From positions 62,001-126,000 of the forward strand of contig NIVC01001274.1 in NCBI GenBank assembly GCA_002269645.1: a stretch of DNA of 64,000 bases, in the 5' to 3' direction. Position numbers and translations under genes: made by a program. Positions 21,647 through 35,398 of the stretch are shown here, one piece after another. This DNA comes from Macrostomum lignano. Its lineage: Eukaryota. Numbering within the stretch: the first letter of the stretch is position 1; the number at the start of each line of letters is the position of its first letter. The notes under the pieces were generated by a model that searched no databases, was not told the origin of the DNA, and was given only the letters and a program-made list of their open reading frames with translations.

Positions 21647-24600
21647 TCAAACATAAGAAGCGGCATCCAACAACAGACTCTCGCGGTCGTCGCTGCCCAC
21701 AGTCTGCAGTGCCGTCACGGAACCGTCGCCTCGAAGAATGGTCATCAGGGGCCTTGCTTGATGGTAGTCGCTGACACTTCTTGGCAGTCGAGACTGCGAA
21801 ACAAACTGCCTGTTTTGATTACGTCTGCGATGCTGCTGCTGCTGCTGCTGCTGCTGACTTCGTGACTGATTGACAATCGTCGAGTGCTGACTTGGACGAC
21901 GACTCAAACCTGCTGAACCTCTCCAGTTCTGCTGCTGCTGTTGCAGACTCTGTCCGGCACTGTTTGCGCCAGATCGGAACCAGCTCCTGCTGTGCGACAG
22001 AATCGCTTGGGCCAGACGACTCTGCGACAGCGAGTTCGGCAAGTGCCTGCGCAGTAGGTTCAACGCTTCAACGTAGGTCGGTAGCGACTCTTCGCTGCTC
22101 GCCATCTCTTCAGGGCAGTAGCATCGGCCGTTCTGATCTGGTCGCTGATGATTACTCTGAACGGTCTCGTAGCGCATGTAGTAGAGAGGATCGCTGCAGT
22201 GTTGAATGTCAAAAGACCCTTTTCAGTTAGGCTGTCATCGTTGGGATTCTCTTCGTAGAGCCAAGGGCCAATGTAAGACAATCATTAGAAATTTTTATGC
22301 AAGGTCAAATTTCTCTTGTTTCTATGGAACCAGATTTTACCATGCGGTTGATGTGTATGTGTTATTAGATATGTTAGTAGATAATTCCATTGAAAATCAG
22401 CTCGAAGCGTACATTTAGAAATGCAGTTCGAAATATACTACTCACCAATCCTCGGCAGCGGCAGTAGTACAGCTTCGCTATAGCTTGGTAAATTCAACAA
22501 ATTCGACGCCTGCTGACTGGAGTCCGCGGCCGTTACAGCATCCGGGTCGGATAAGGACAGCAAACTGTTGCTATCCTCTCCAGCTAGACCCGATGACGTC
22601 ACTGCCGCATTGGTTGCCGTCGTTGTCCCTGACGACTCTGGCTGGAGCTGGTGACCGAACGCTTTCTGCACGTGACAGTGCACGTAGGCAATTTTGTATT
22701 GAATAAGAATACGCATCGGCCAAGACAGCAAGGTCAACGTAGCTAGAAAGTAGATCCATGGACTCAGATACCAGGGCAGCTTGTGAGGACAGGACACTGC
22801 TAACAGATAGTCGGGAGTGTTCACGTGCAGCAGTTCAAAGCCTTCCTTGGTCTCGATGTAGTCGTCAGTGTTCTCGTGAGCGTGATAGAAGGCATTGCGC
22901 TGGCTCTCGTAGATCAGTTCGGCATTCGAGCAGAGAAATGTGAAGCCCTGAGAAAATGATGACGTCATCGAATGGGTCAGTATGAGCTGGGGCGGTTATT
23001 GAGGCATTAAAGAGACAGATAGATATTCTACGCTTGTATATGTAAAACGTCCACAATACTACTAAGTCGCATTTCTCACCCTAGAGAACTCAATTTTCGT
23101 AGCCGGATACAATTCCAGGCCGCATAGCTGGAAAGTGGTGTCCCTGCAGCCGCAGACGGCGTAGTTAAATGCACCAGTGGCGGAATGGGTGTTCACCCTC
23201 TCGTAGTACAGATGGGCGCTGACTGACTCTCCCGTGCGTTGGCGTGCAGGATGTCTTGCTCGCCGAATGTAGTGATAAGAGTTGATCTTCCACCAGACTA
23301 AAGGCAGAGCTGTGCGCACTTTTTGTAGGTGCTGATAGACTGATGCCACGGAAACCTGCAAGAAATGGAGGGGTAGTTAAAGTAAGAGATGGGTTTAAAG
23401 GGGCAACCCTTAATTTTATGAGGTGACACTTTCATGACCATCCAAAGAAACCCCCATTTTATGAGGCGACTCTTTAAAATCCCTTCACCGAAATCCCTAA
23501 TTTTATGATACGGCTATTCATGACCATCCACCGAAACCCCTAATTTTATGAGGCTGCTATTTATGGCCATCAAGCGATACCCCTTATTTTATGAGGCAGC
23601 TGTTTATGACCATCCACCGAAACCCCTAATTTTATTTGGTGACTCTTTATAGCCATCCACCGAAACCCCCAATTTTATTTGGTGACTCTTTATGACCATC
23701 CACCGAAACCCCCAATTTTATTTGGTGACTCTTTATAGCCATCCACCGAAACCCCCAATTTTATTTGGTGACTCTTTATAGCCATCCACCGAAACCCCCA
23801 ATTTTATTTGGTGACTCTTTATGACCATCCACCGAAACCCCCAATTTTATTTGGTGACTCTTTTTGGCCATCCACCGAAACCCCCAATTTTATTTGGTGA
23901 CTCTTTATGGCCATCCACCGAAACCCCCAATTTTATTTGGTGACTCTTTATAGCCATCCACCGAAACCCCCAATTTTATTTGGTGACTCTTTATGGCCAT
24001 CCACCGAAACCCCCAATTTTATTTGGTGACTCTTTATGGCCATCCACCGAAACCCCTAGTCTCATTCTCTTGGTCTCGTAAAAACGTTCTCGGGCTAGCG
24101 GTGGAAATCAGACAAACGCAATTGCTAATTCTCTCGTCGACTAAAATCAATTCTTGGAATCAAGTTCTCCCGGAGAAAATAAAACTTCAAACATAATTCA
24201 GACGGAGATGACTGCAGCATTCCATTTTGTACTTATGCAGAGCGGTCGAGAAACAGTCCTTACTGGACTCCGTGATTGAAAATGACATTTATTGATTTCT
24301 CTAGTTCAGCTCCTACTCCCTTCCCAGCTCGCCAAGACTCACTCTTACTGGACAGGGACCTCTCCCAATGGTCCAGTAAAAAATCTCATTCCAGTCTTAG
24401 CGGAGAACTTCGATGAGCTCTGTCGGTGCTTCTGGTTCTACTCGAGCAGAAAATGCAAGGCTTGAGTAGGCTGGGTGATAGAAGAAAATCCTATGAAGAA
24501 AGTTGGACTCAAATTCCAAACGGGAACGTTGATTTTCTTTTCGAATTTTTTTGCCGAGCTAAGTCGCTATGAGGGGATAGGTTGCTAATTTACTAAGAAC

Positions 24601-26440
24601 TAAGAAACTAAAGGAAGGAATTATAAATGAATGGGTTGGCAACGTTAAGGGGTTGCAACATGTGGTGTCTTGGTGGGTGCCCCTGTCTCTTGGTGGGTGC
24701 CCCTGTCTCTTGGTGGGCGCTCCTGTCTCTTGGTGGGTGCCCCTGTCTCTTGGTGGGTGCCCCTGTCTCTTGGTGGGCGCCCCTGTCTCTTGGTGGGCGC
24801 CCCTGTCTCTTGGTGGGCGCTCCTGTCTCTTGGTGGGTGCCCCTGTCTCTTGGTGGGCGCCCCTGTCTCTTGGTGGGCGCTCCTGTTTCTTGGTGGCCGC
24901 CCCTGTCTCTTGGTGGCCGCCCCTGTCTCTTGGTGGGCGCTCCTGTCTCTTGGTGGGCGCCCTTGTCTTGGAAAAAATTACACTAGAACACTAGGATACT
25001 AGGACACTAGGACACTAGGATACTAGGACACACACTAGGACACTAGGATACTAAGACACTAGGACACTAGGACACTAGGACACACACTAGGACACTAGGA
25101 CACACACTAGGACACTAGGATACTAGGACACACACTAGGACACTAGGACACTAGGATACTAAGACACTAAGACACTAGGACAGTAGGATACTAGGACACT
25201 AGGACACTAGGACACTAGGACACTAGGGCACTAGGACACTAGGACACTAGGATACTAGGGCACTAGGACACTAGGACACTAGGACACTAGGACACTAGGA
25301 CACTAGGACACACACTAGGACACTAGGATACTAGGACACTAGGACACTAGGATACTAAGACACTAAGACACTAGGACAGTAGGATACTAGGACACTAGGA
25401 CACTAGGACACTAGGACACTAGGATACTAGGGCACTAGGACACTAGGACACTAGGACACTAGGACACTAGGACACTAGGACACTAGGACACTAGGACACA
25501 CACTAGGACACTAGGACACTAGGATACTAAGACACTAAGACACTAGGACAGTAGGATACTAGGACACTAGGACACTAGGACACTAGGACACTAGGGCACT
25601 AGGACACTAGGACACTAGGATACTAGGGCACTAGGACACTAGGACACTAGGACACTAGGACACTAGGACACTAGGACACACACTAGGACACTAGGACACT
25701 AGGATACTAGGACACTAGGACACTAGGATACTAGGGCACTAGGACACTAGGACACTAGGACACTAGGACACTAGGACACTAGGACACACACTAGGACACT
25801 AGGATACTAGAACACTAGGACACTAGGACACTAGGACACACACTAGGACACTAGGATACTAGGACACTAGGACACACACTAGGACACTAGGATACTAGGA
25901 CACACACTAGGACACTAGGATACTAGGATACTAGGACACTAGGACACTAGGACACTAGGATACTAGAACACACACTAGGACACTAGGACACTAGGACACA
26001 CACTAGGACACTAGGATACTAGGATACTAGGACACTAGGACACTAGGACACTAGGATACTAGAACACACACTAGGACACTAGGATACTAGGACACTAAGA
26101 ATAGGAACTAAGACACCATAACACACTAATACAGTCGACAGTCCTTCACCTTGTGCCAAATCCTCAAACTTGCATGACTATTCCAGCACTCGATCAGGTA
26201 CACCAAGTAGAACATGATGGCGAACCCAATCGGTATGTACAGGTAGCCATTGTCGCAGGGTTTCAATTCGGCATAATAAACGGTTGGCCTTCGATAATGA
26301 TCCATCAGTGGCTGGCGAGTGACTGACAGCTGGCACCAGGACACAGCGGAGAGACAGGCTGCCACGGTCAGGGTGAGCAGGAGGCATTTCCAGTGGGCCT
26401 CCCGTCGGATGGCTTGGCAGAGGTTCAAACGCGAAGGTTT
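21647..26440 (-). CDS. TMEM151: TMEM151 family membrane protein; exons 26440-26150, 23355-23080, 22947-22446, probably 22218-21647; first coding exon not found
   Basis: REAHWKCLLLTL, CDNGYLYIPIGF..FYLVYLIECW, VWWKINSYHYIRR, YYERVNTHSA, PWYLSPWIYFLATLTLLSWPMRI, QKAFG match TMEM151A/B; GT-AG junctions in phases 0, 0, 1. Last acceptor is a weaker AAG. Confidence 0.92.
23405..24057. repeat. 43-bp minisatellite in TMEM151 intron
   Basis: Unit CCATCCACCGAAACCCCCAATTTTATTTGGTGACTCTTTATAG; degenerate copies at the left end. Confidence 0.95.
24668..24969. repeat. 20-bp minisatellite (same family as 63129-64000)
   Basis: Unit CCCTGTCTCTTGGTGGGCGC. Confidence 0.95.
24980..26098. repeat. 8-bp tandem repeat (GGACACTA)n
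   Basis: About 1.1 kb with GGATACTA and ACACAC variants. Confidence 0.97.
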
Positions 26441-27370
26441 CTGCAAAATGTTTAAACCTTTGAAACTTCACAATAGCAATCCGCCCCCTCTCAAGGTTAG
26501 CGTCTCTTCCCACCTCCCTTCTTTTTCTCCTCTCCCCTATGACCTCCTCTCTCTTCTCTTCTCTTCCGTTCTCTCCTCTTCCCTCTTCTCACTCCCCTCC
26601 TCTCCCCTCTCCTTTCTTATTTCCCATCTCCCTTCTCCTATTCTTTCTCTCTCTCTCTCGTGTACATTCTGAATAAAAAGTTTCCCGACTCCTGCGAGTC
26701 TATATCCTCTAGTAGCAAGCCTCTAGTTGCAAGCAACCTTATTATCCAGACGCAGCCACAAGTAGGCAACTGTAAGATAGCAAATATTTAATTACTAGAT
26801 AGATAGCCCACTGTTTCTCACACTAATTAGATTAGCATCAACTAGCATGACTACTAATACTACATCAAGTCAAGAGCCATCATTTCTCTCTTCACTTTGA
26901 GAAAGTACATTGAGTTCTCAGAGTTCGCAGTCTAATAGCTTGTTGCTTGGACGAGAGAAGAAAAATGATGACTACTTGGGAAAGCAAAAAAGACAGGAGA
27001 TACGGCTTGCCTTCATCTCGATGTGGAAGTTTCCAAATTTTCTATTGATGTTTATAGAGAAACCCCAACCAAATGCTTGATATGTAGGAACCAAACCTCA
27101 ATAAAAGTGAGCGTCCCAGTCAGAAATTCAATCAGCCGCATGAGCGCCCAAAGAAATTGGGTGGATTATCCGTTCAGCGAGGCTGCACATCGAATCTTTG
27201 TGCGCAACAAGGAGGCCTCTCTGAACCAACATCTGAAACAGCAACTCCCCAGATAGGTTTCATTTTTAGACAACTATAGGCTGACTTAAACTTTCATAAT
27301 ATAGGAATAAATGATATTTGCAGGGGAGCTGAGTAGTCACGTTTGCACAATGCCTTTGGTGACATCGTCC

Positions 27371-27830
27371 CACTCTCTCCTCTCTCCCTCTGTCGCCTTT
27401 CCCTCTTTCTCTCTCTCTCCTCTCTCCCTCTCTCCCTCTCTCGCCTTTCCCTCTTTGTCTCTCTCTCCTCTCTCCCTCTCTCCTCTCTCCCTCTCTCCAC
27501 TCTCCCTCTCTCCTCTCTCCCTCTCTCCTCTCTCCCTCTCTCCACTCTCCCTCTCTCCTCTCTCCCTCTCTCCTCTCTCCCTCTCTCCATATCTCGCCTC
27601 TCCCTCTTTCTCTCTCTCTCTCCTCTCTCCCTCTCTCGAATGTCCCCCTCTCTCCCTCTCTCGCCTCTCTCCATCTCTGTCCCCTCTCTCTCTCCACTAT
27701 CTCTTTTCTATCCCTCTCTGCTTTGTCTCCTCTCTACCGCTCTTCTCTTTTCTCTCTCCGCTATCTCCCCTCTCTCCCCCTCTCTACTCTCCCTCTTTCT
27801 CTCCCTCTTTATCTCTCTGTCTCATCTGTC
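27371..27830. repeat. CT-rich low-complexity tract
   Basis: Near-pure C/T sequence; source of the SL/ER-rich ORFs. Confidence 0.95.
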
Positions 27831-28599
27831 GCCTTCGCAACCAGCGCTGAGGCAATTTATCCCGTTCCGCTGACTCCTGAGCACACAAAGCGCGCCAATA
27901 CTAAGCGGCCCTCATGGCTGTGAATCACCGGCCGATCTTCGGTGAACACAAGCCCCAAATGAATTTGGCCGACTTTTCCAGGTTCTCAGCTCTTGGTCTC
28001 CATGGAGACGGGCAGCGGTCACCACGAGGAGAGAAACTTCTTTCGAATATTTCACATCTCTTTCTCATTTTGGCCGTTCTTCTTTCCCTGCGTTTCTCCC
28101 TCCTCTCTGTCTCCCTCCCGCGTTTCGCGCCCGCTTCCCCTCCATTCAATTATGCAAATGAGCTGTGGCGACAGCAACAGCCGGACAGGGGGGGCACAGC
28201 TCTCTGAGAGAATCCTTCAGATAGCTCAACTCGGACTGGACTCAACTATACTCATAGCCGGCTGTATGCTTGAGCCAGAGAGGGAGGCTGGAGAATGGAG
28301 CTTCCACAGTAACGGTATGGGCAAAGACGTGCGGGGGCAACGCTGCAGGCTCCCCCATGTCTGCGTGTGTGCGTGGCTTTCTGCTTGGCACCACTGTAAA
28401 TATTAAGGCCTGATATATCGGGCTTAAATTCAATTTAGACTTTACATGTAGATTGGTATCGGATCGCTTCAAAACACTGCATTGTTAATAGCACTGGGGT
28501 TTTGACCTCACTTCTGAAAATTAATTTTGTTTATTAGCAAGTAGTACTTTTGTGCTCTGAAAGCACTAGAGAATTACTGTTATCTTGCTTTCTCACTTT

Positions 28600-29226
28600 C
28601 TGTTCTCTCTCCTCTGTGTTCTTTTCCCTCCTTCCTCAACTCTCTTCTCCCTCTCTCTCTCCTCTCTCCCTCTCTCCCTCTCTCTCCTCCCTCCCTGTCT
28701 CCCTCTCTCTCCTCTCTCCCTATTTCCCTCTCTCTCCCTCTCTCTCCTCTCTCCCTCTCTCCCTCTCTCTCTCCTCTTTCCCTCTCTCCCTCTCTCCCTC
28801 TCTCTCCTCTCTCCCTCTCTCTCTCCTCTTTCCCTCTCTCCCTCTCTCTACTTTCTCCCTCTCTCCCTTTCTCTCCTCTCTCCTCTCTCCCTCTCTCTTC
28901 TCTCTCCTCTCTCCCTCTCTCTCCCTCTCTCCCTCTCTCTCCTCTCTCCCTCTCCCTCTCTCTCCTCTCTCCCCTCCCTCTCCCTCCTCTCTCCCTCTCC
29001 CTCTCCCTCTCTCTCCTCTCTCCCCTCCCTCTCCCTCCTCTCTCCCTCTCTCTCCTCTTTCCCTCTCTCCCTCTCTCTCCTCTCTCCCTCTCTCTCCTCC
29101 CTCCCTTTCTCTCCTCCCTCCATCTCTCTCCTCCCCCCTCTCTCTCCTCTCTCCTGTCTCCCTCTTCTCTCCTCTCTCCATCTCTCTCTCCATCTCTTTC
29201 CTTCTCTCTCTCCCTCTCCTCTCTCC
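28600..29226. repeat. CT-rich low-complexity tract
   Basis: Near-pure C/T sequence. Confidence 0.95.
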
Positions 29227-29719
29227 TTTGTCAGATAAAATAGAGCTACTGGATACACACGTGCAATCGTAAGAATCTTGTTCTTAACTCCAGCTTGATT
29301 AGATTTCTTCTGAGACATTTCGACATTCGAGAGAAAAAAGTCTCTAGGCTGCCAAGTCTGTCCAGCTTCTGGGACTAAATGGGTTTCACTTTAAACCTAA
29401 TTGTGACGCCTTAGTTGCCCAAAGTGAGGCTCAAGCAAAATGAGCGAGTGATCAGCTAGAGACGCAGACTGGGAGAGAAGATCTTTGGGTTTGGAAGGTT
29501 CTGCTCCTGCTTCATTGAATCCTTTAGTGACCGAAGAAATTTAAAAAAAATCTTTTGGTTGCTTCAGAAGCTGCACTTTAGGTTCGTGTCAACCTTTAGG
29601 GGGGAGTTTAAAGAGCGGGCTTAATCCCTATAGATGGGGTGGAGGATTAATTATTGATTTTAAACTGAGTCAAAATGTCATAAAATTGACACTTAATGTC
29701 ATGTCATTCTGGTAGTGTC

Positions 29720-30510
29720 TTTGGCTTGAAGATATCTACCTTCAGTAACCTGAAGATTTCTGCCTTCATGAACCTGAATATATATACTTTCATGAACCTG
29801 AAGGTATATACTTTCATGAACCTGAAGGTATATACCTTCATGAACCTGAAGATATCTATCTACCTTCATGAACCTGAAGATATCTATCTAATTTCATTAA
29901 CCTGAAGATATCTATCTACCTTCATTAACCTGAAGTTATCTATCTACCTGCATTAACCTGAAGACATCTACCTTCATTAACCTGAAGTTATCTATCTACC
30001 TGCATTAACCTGAAGACATCTACCTTCATTAACCTGAAGTTATCTATCTACCTGCATTAACCTGAAGACATCTACCTTCATTAACCTGAAGATATCTATC
30101 TACCTTCATTAACCTGAAGATATCTATCTACCTTCATTAACCTGAAGACATCTACCTTCATTAACCTGAAGATATCTATCTACCTTCATTAACCTGAAGA
30201 TATCTATCTACCTTCATTAACCTGAAGATATCTATCTACCTGCATTAACCTGAAGATATCTATCTACCTTCATTAACCTGAAGATATCTATCTACCTTCA
30301 TTAACCTGAAGACATCTACCTTCATTAACCTGAAGAAATCTACCTTCATTAACCTGAAGAAATCTACCTTCATTAACCTGAAGATATCTATCTACCTTCA
30401 TTAACCTGAAGAAATCTACCTTCATTAACCTGAAGACATCTACCTTCATTAACCTGAAGATATCTATCTACCTTCATTAACCTGAAGAAATCTACCTTCA
30501 TTAACCTGAA
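29720..30510. repeat. 28/24-bp minisatellite
   Basis: Units AACCTGAAGATATCTATCTACCTTCATT and AACCTGAAGACATCTACCTTCATT. Confidence 0.95.
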
Positions 30511-31059
30511 ATTACAGATATATCTACCTTCATTATCCTCTAGAGAGCGAACCCTTAATTAGTTTGAAGCTGTGTAGCTGTGTGCCTTAGTAAAGCAATA
30601 TAAATGTCACTGCATATTAATTAAGCTTATTTAGAATCAGATAAGATCAGAAATCCTGCAGCTCTCATCAAGGAAGTGTAAGATTGTAAAACTTATTAAT
30701 TAAGCAAGAAAAATAGCTGAAGAAAGGGCCGAGTTCGCGCTGCACTTTTCTCCAACTCTGAGCAGGGCATTAGTACTCGACGAATAAGGCAGAGTAAATC
30801 CTGTAGAGAGAGACTCGATATTAATGATCTGGGAGTCAGAGATCGTGCTCAGAGTCGACTCTCTCTCTGCATGATGGTGACAGAGTTTTATGCCTGAGTC
30901 AGGATTTTTCACCCTGTTTCTCAAAGCCAGCTCTAAGCCTTATGGGGCCTTGCGGTATGTGTGCTGCTCGAATGTAAGTATTGGAATTGATTGAATTGAG
31001 TAGGTCCATGTGAGCTCAACCTATCTGCATACATCTATATCTGCCTGTGTGTGCCGGCG

Positions 31060-31720
31060 CCTGTCTGTCTGTCTTAGTGTACGTGTCTTGGTGTCTGTCT
31101 GTCTGCCTTAGTGTACGTGTCTTGGTGTCTGTCTGTCTGCCTTAGTGTACGTGTCTTGGTGTCTGTCTGTCTGTCTTAGTGTACGTGTCTTGGTGTCTGT
31201 CTGTCTGCCTTAGTGTACGTGTCTTGGTGTCTGTCTGTCTGCCTTAGTGTACGTGTCTTGGTGTCTGTCTGTCTGCCTTAGTGTACGTGTCTTGGTGTCT
31301 GTCTGTCTGTCTTAGTGTACGTGTCTTGGTGTCTGTCTGTCTGTCTTAGTGTACGACTGTACGTGTGTCTTGGTGTCTTAGTGTCTGTCTTAGTGTACGT
31401 GTCTTGGTGTCTGTCTGTCTGTCTTAGTGTACGTGTCTTGGTGTCTGTCTGTCTGTCTTAGTGTACGTGTGTCTTGGTGTCTCAGTGTCTGTCTTAGTGT
31501 ACGTGTCTTGGTGTCTGTCTGTCTGTCTTAGTGTCTTAGTGTCTGTCTCTCCATCTTGGTGTACGTGCATCTTGGTGTATTAGTGTCTTAATGTCTTAGT
31601 GTCCTAGTGTCTGTCTGCCTGTCTGTCTTAGTGTACGTGCGTCTTAATGTCTGTCTGTCTGTCTGTCTTCTGTCTATCTGTCCGTCTATCTGTCTGCCTA
31701 TCTTAGTGCGTGTGTCTGTC
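31060..31720. repeat. 34-bp minisatellite decaying into GTCT repeats
   Basis: Unit GTGTCTGTCTGTCTGCCTTAGTGTACGTGTCTTG. Confidence 0.93.
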
Positions 31721-32244
31721 TGTCCTTCTGGTAATGAATAGTCCCAGTAACCCACTCTCAAGCCCAGTGTGAGCAATCAATATCAAAGGTGACAATCTCT
31801 ATAAACCAATGCCTTTTATACAGGAAGCCATGGGCATAACCGCCCCAAAACTAGCGTAAATTACACGAATCAGTGGCCGGTTCTCCAGAACACGCGGCTG
31901 TCTAAAAAATGTGCAAGGTTGGGAGACTTTATCCGCCATCATCCATCAAGATTTAATGCGAAGTCGTGTGCGCACACGAATGAGGGTACATGCCGTCTGT
32001 ATCTTGCTAGGAAGATAATTAATTCGCGGCGGCAAGCAATGCACTGTCATAAGCTCAACTCTCTCGTATCCAACACAGCTTCTCCTTCATCCAGCAAAAA
32101 ATGAAATCTGAGCATGATTAATTCATTTGTACAGAGCCGCGCGGCTCACTGTGCGTGTCTGAACTGGCGGATGACATTGCAGCTGGCACGGAACTGGAGC
32201 GCGAGTGATGGAATCGGGAGTGACACACAAGTTACAGGGTGAAA

Positions 32245-33228
32245 CAAGTGGGGAGTGACACGATCGGAGTGTCATTTTAAGAGCAACAATTTATGTGACA
32301 CAATTGGAAAGTGACGCAATTGAAGAGTGACACAATTGGAAAGTGACACAATTGGGGAGTGACACAATTGGAGAGTGACACAATTGGAGAGTGACACAGT
32401 TGGAGAGTGACACAATTGGAAAGTGATACAATTAGAGAGTGACACAATTGGAAAGTGACACGATATCGAGTGACACAATTAGAGAGTGACACAGTTGGAG
32501 AGTGACACAATTGGAAAGTGATACAATTAGAGAGTGACACAATTGGAAAGTGACACGATATCGAGTGACACAATTAGAGAGTGACACAGTTGGAGAGTGA
32601 CACAATTGGAAAGTGATACAATTAGAGAGTGACACAATTGGAAAGTGACACAATATCGAGTGACACAATTGGAGAGTGACACAATTGGAGAGTGACACAA
32701 TTGGAAAGTGATACAATTAGAGAGTGACACAATTGGAAAGTGACACAATTGGAAAGTGACACAATATCGAGTGACACAATTAGAGAGTGACACAGTTGGA
32801 GAGTGACACAATTGGAAAGTGACACAATATCGAGTGACACAATTAGAGAGTGACACAATTAGAGTGACACAATTGGAGAGTGACACAATTGGAGAGTGAC
32901 ACAATTGGAGAGTGACACAATTGGAGAGTGACACAATTGGAGAGTGACACAGTTGAAGAGTGACACAATTGGAAAGTGATACAATTAGAGAGTGACACAA
33001 TTGGAGAGTGACACAGTTGGAGAGTGACACAATTGGAGAGTGACACAATTGGAGAGTGACACAGTTGGAGAGTGACACAATTGGAAAGTGATACAATTAG
33101 AGAGTGACACAGTTGGAGAGTGACACAGTTGGAGAGTGACACAATTGGAGAGTGACACAATTGGAGAGTGACACAGTTGGAGAGTGACACAATTGGAAAG
33201 TGATACAATTAGAGAGTGACACAATTGG
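32245..33228. repeat. 16-bp minisatellite
   Basis: Unit GAGTGACACAATTGGA with variants. Confidence 0.96.
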
Positions 33229-34046
33229 AATGATACAAGAGGACAAACGAGCCCGTAGACGGATCAGAGAATGACGGCAGTGTAAGAAAGCAAGGCAACC
33301 AGATACATGCATGTCAAAATAATAGTTTTTAAAAGATGACAAACTCACAATCTGCTGCAACAACATCTGCTGAGGCTGTTGATCGCACATCTCAATCTCC
33401 TGTTGAACATTGTCGCTGTCAATGTGCTGACACATTTACAGATTGATTAATTTTTAGCTAGTAGCTCTATGGTTGATAGAATTTACAGCAAATTGTGAGC
33501 AGCAACTCTTGCTTCTAGAGGAGGGCCGGTCTATCAATTTCGGCCTTTCAATTTGAAAAATCCTTCAACCAATGGCATGGAGGCACAAATTTTCCTATAG
33601 CCAAGCTGCCTCTACACTGTTTCATACATAATCGAAAAATAATCAATAAAAAATAATTACACTACTTGAAGTAGGATACTAGACATTCCGAGATATATAC
33701 AAGCCTAAAATTCCAGAATTTGACTGAATATATTTTTTACTTTTCCATTGCTCTAAAAGCCAGACTTCGGACTTTATAATCTCGATTAGGGCGGGTGACC
33801 CGAACGCCAGAGTAGAAGTTCTCTGGCCACACTCACACCACTAATAAACGAACTCAGCGCTTGCTTGTGCCAGTTCAGTTGGTTACAGATAATAACATGT
33901 CTACTAACGGGATTGGATTGAGTTTGACTTCAAAATGCCGGGCTTGGAGAACATTTTTTGGGCTTTTCAGCCTTTATTTAGGTCAACACAAGATTCCTCT
34001 ATCTAGGGTTGGTTTCCTAGAAACCTAAGAATATAGAAGAGCGGTA

Positions 34047-34785
34047 GCTCAGCAACTGAGGCTCTGGGAGGCTGGCCCAGCAACTGACACTCTGGGAGGC
34101 TGGCTCAGCAACTGAGGCTCTGGGAGGCTGGCCCAGCAACTGACACTCTGGGAGGCTGGCTCAGCAACTGAGGCTCTGGGAGGCTGGCCCAGCAACTGAC
34201 ACTCTGGGAGGCTGGCTCAGCAACTGAGGCTCTGGGAGGCTGGCCCAGCAACTGACACTCTGGGAGGCTGGCTCAGCAACTGAGGCTCTGGGAGGCTGGC
34301 CCAGCAACTGACACTCTGGGAGGCTGGCTCAGCAACTGAGGATCTGGGAGGCTGGCTCAGCAACTGAGGATCTGGGAGGCTGGCCCAGCAACTGAGGATC
34401 TGGGAGGCTGGCCCAGCAACTGAGGATCTGGGAGGCTGGCCCAGCAACTGAGGATCTGGGAGGCTGGCCCAACAACTGAGGATCTGGGAGGCTGGCCCAG
34501 CAACTGAGGATCTGGGAGGCTGGCCCAACAACTGAGGCTCTGGGAGGCTGGCCCAGCAACTGAGGCTCTGGGAGGCTGGCCCAGCAACTGAGGATCTGGG
34601 AGGCTAGCCCAGAAACTAAGGCTCTGGGAGACTGGCCCAGCAACTGAGGATCTGAGAGGCTGGTGGCCCAGCAACTGAGGATCTGAGAGGCTGGTGGCCC
34701 AGCAACTGAGGATCTGAGAGGCTGGTGGCCCAGCAACTGAGGATCTGAGAGGCTGGTGGCCCAGCAACTGAGGATCTGGCAGGCT
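34047..34785. repeat. 28-bp minisatellite
   Basis: Unit CAGCAACTGAGGATCTGGGAGGCTGGCC. Confidence 0.96.
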
Positions 34786-35398
34786 GGTAACTACAGGAAA
34801 AAAGTAAAAGCGCAAAAATTGCAGCAACAAACGAGTTTGTCGATACAAAAGAAACGTATCAAAATCTTCAATAAAGATGAGCCGTGGCTCCAGTTAAACA
34901 AAAGTGCAGATATTTTATTTTTGTTACTTGTTACTACTTTAGTAAATAATGTTTCTCTGTTGCCATCAAACACAGAAAGCTTGCAAGAGAAAAAGATGAT
35001 TTCCACTAAATTAAAGGTTTACCGGACCTACAATAGTTTAGATACGATACGCTCATATCTATAATAGATTCCATACTATATTGTACCGTATTCAATCAAA
35101 CAAGCGGTCATCTGGAGTTGAGAGTTTGAGTGAAATTAAGAAATCAATCAAGCAAAACGATTTGGATTTATCGAACTAGCAATGCATAGTAAAACCAGTA
35201 AAAAAGCAGGGAGCTTGCAACATTCAATACAACAAATTATAAGTGAATTATATAAGCTACACTTTACTTTGTCTGTAGTTGCTAATGTAAACAAAGTAGG
35301 CAAACTTGAAAAAAGTAATTATCTTTCTTTTGACAGCGTAGTTCAAAACTGTTTTTGGTATTTTTCTTCATGAAAGGAAAAACAAAGGCATTTTTTCT

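Noticed and set aside
20490-21865. Long ORFs on both strands (GSEGTVT, TVPSLP, CPLTAHD repeats)
   Set aside because: Stop-free by-products of the 21-bp array.
27996-28009. Palindrome GTCTCCATGGAGAC upstream of TMEM151, X-box-like
   Set aside because: Lacks the AAC half-site; a single occurrence could be chance.
27266-29318. ER-rich and SL-rich ORFs
   Set aside because: CT/GA low complexity.
32272-34848. Cys/His-rich and PQLLGQPP ORFs
   Set aside because: Derived from the 16-bp and 28-bp arrays.
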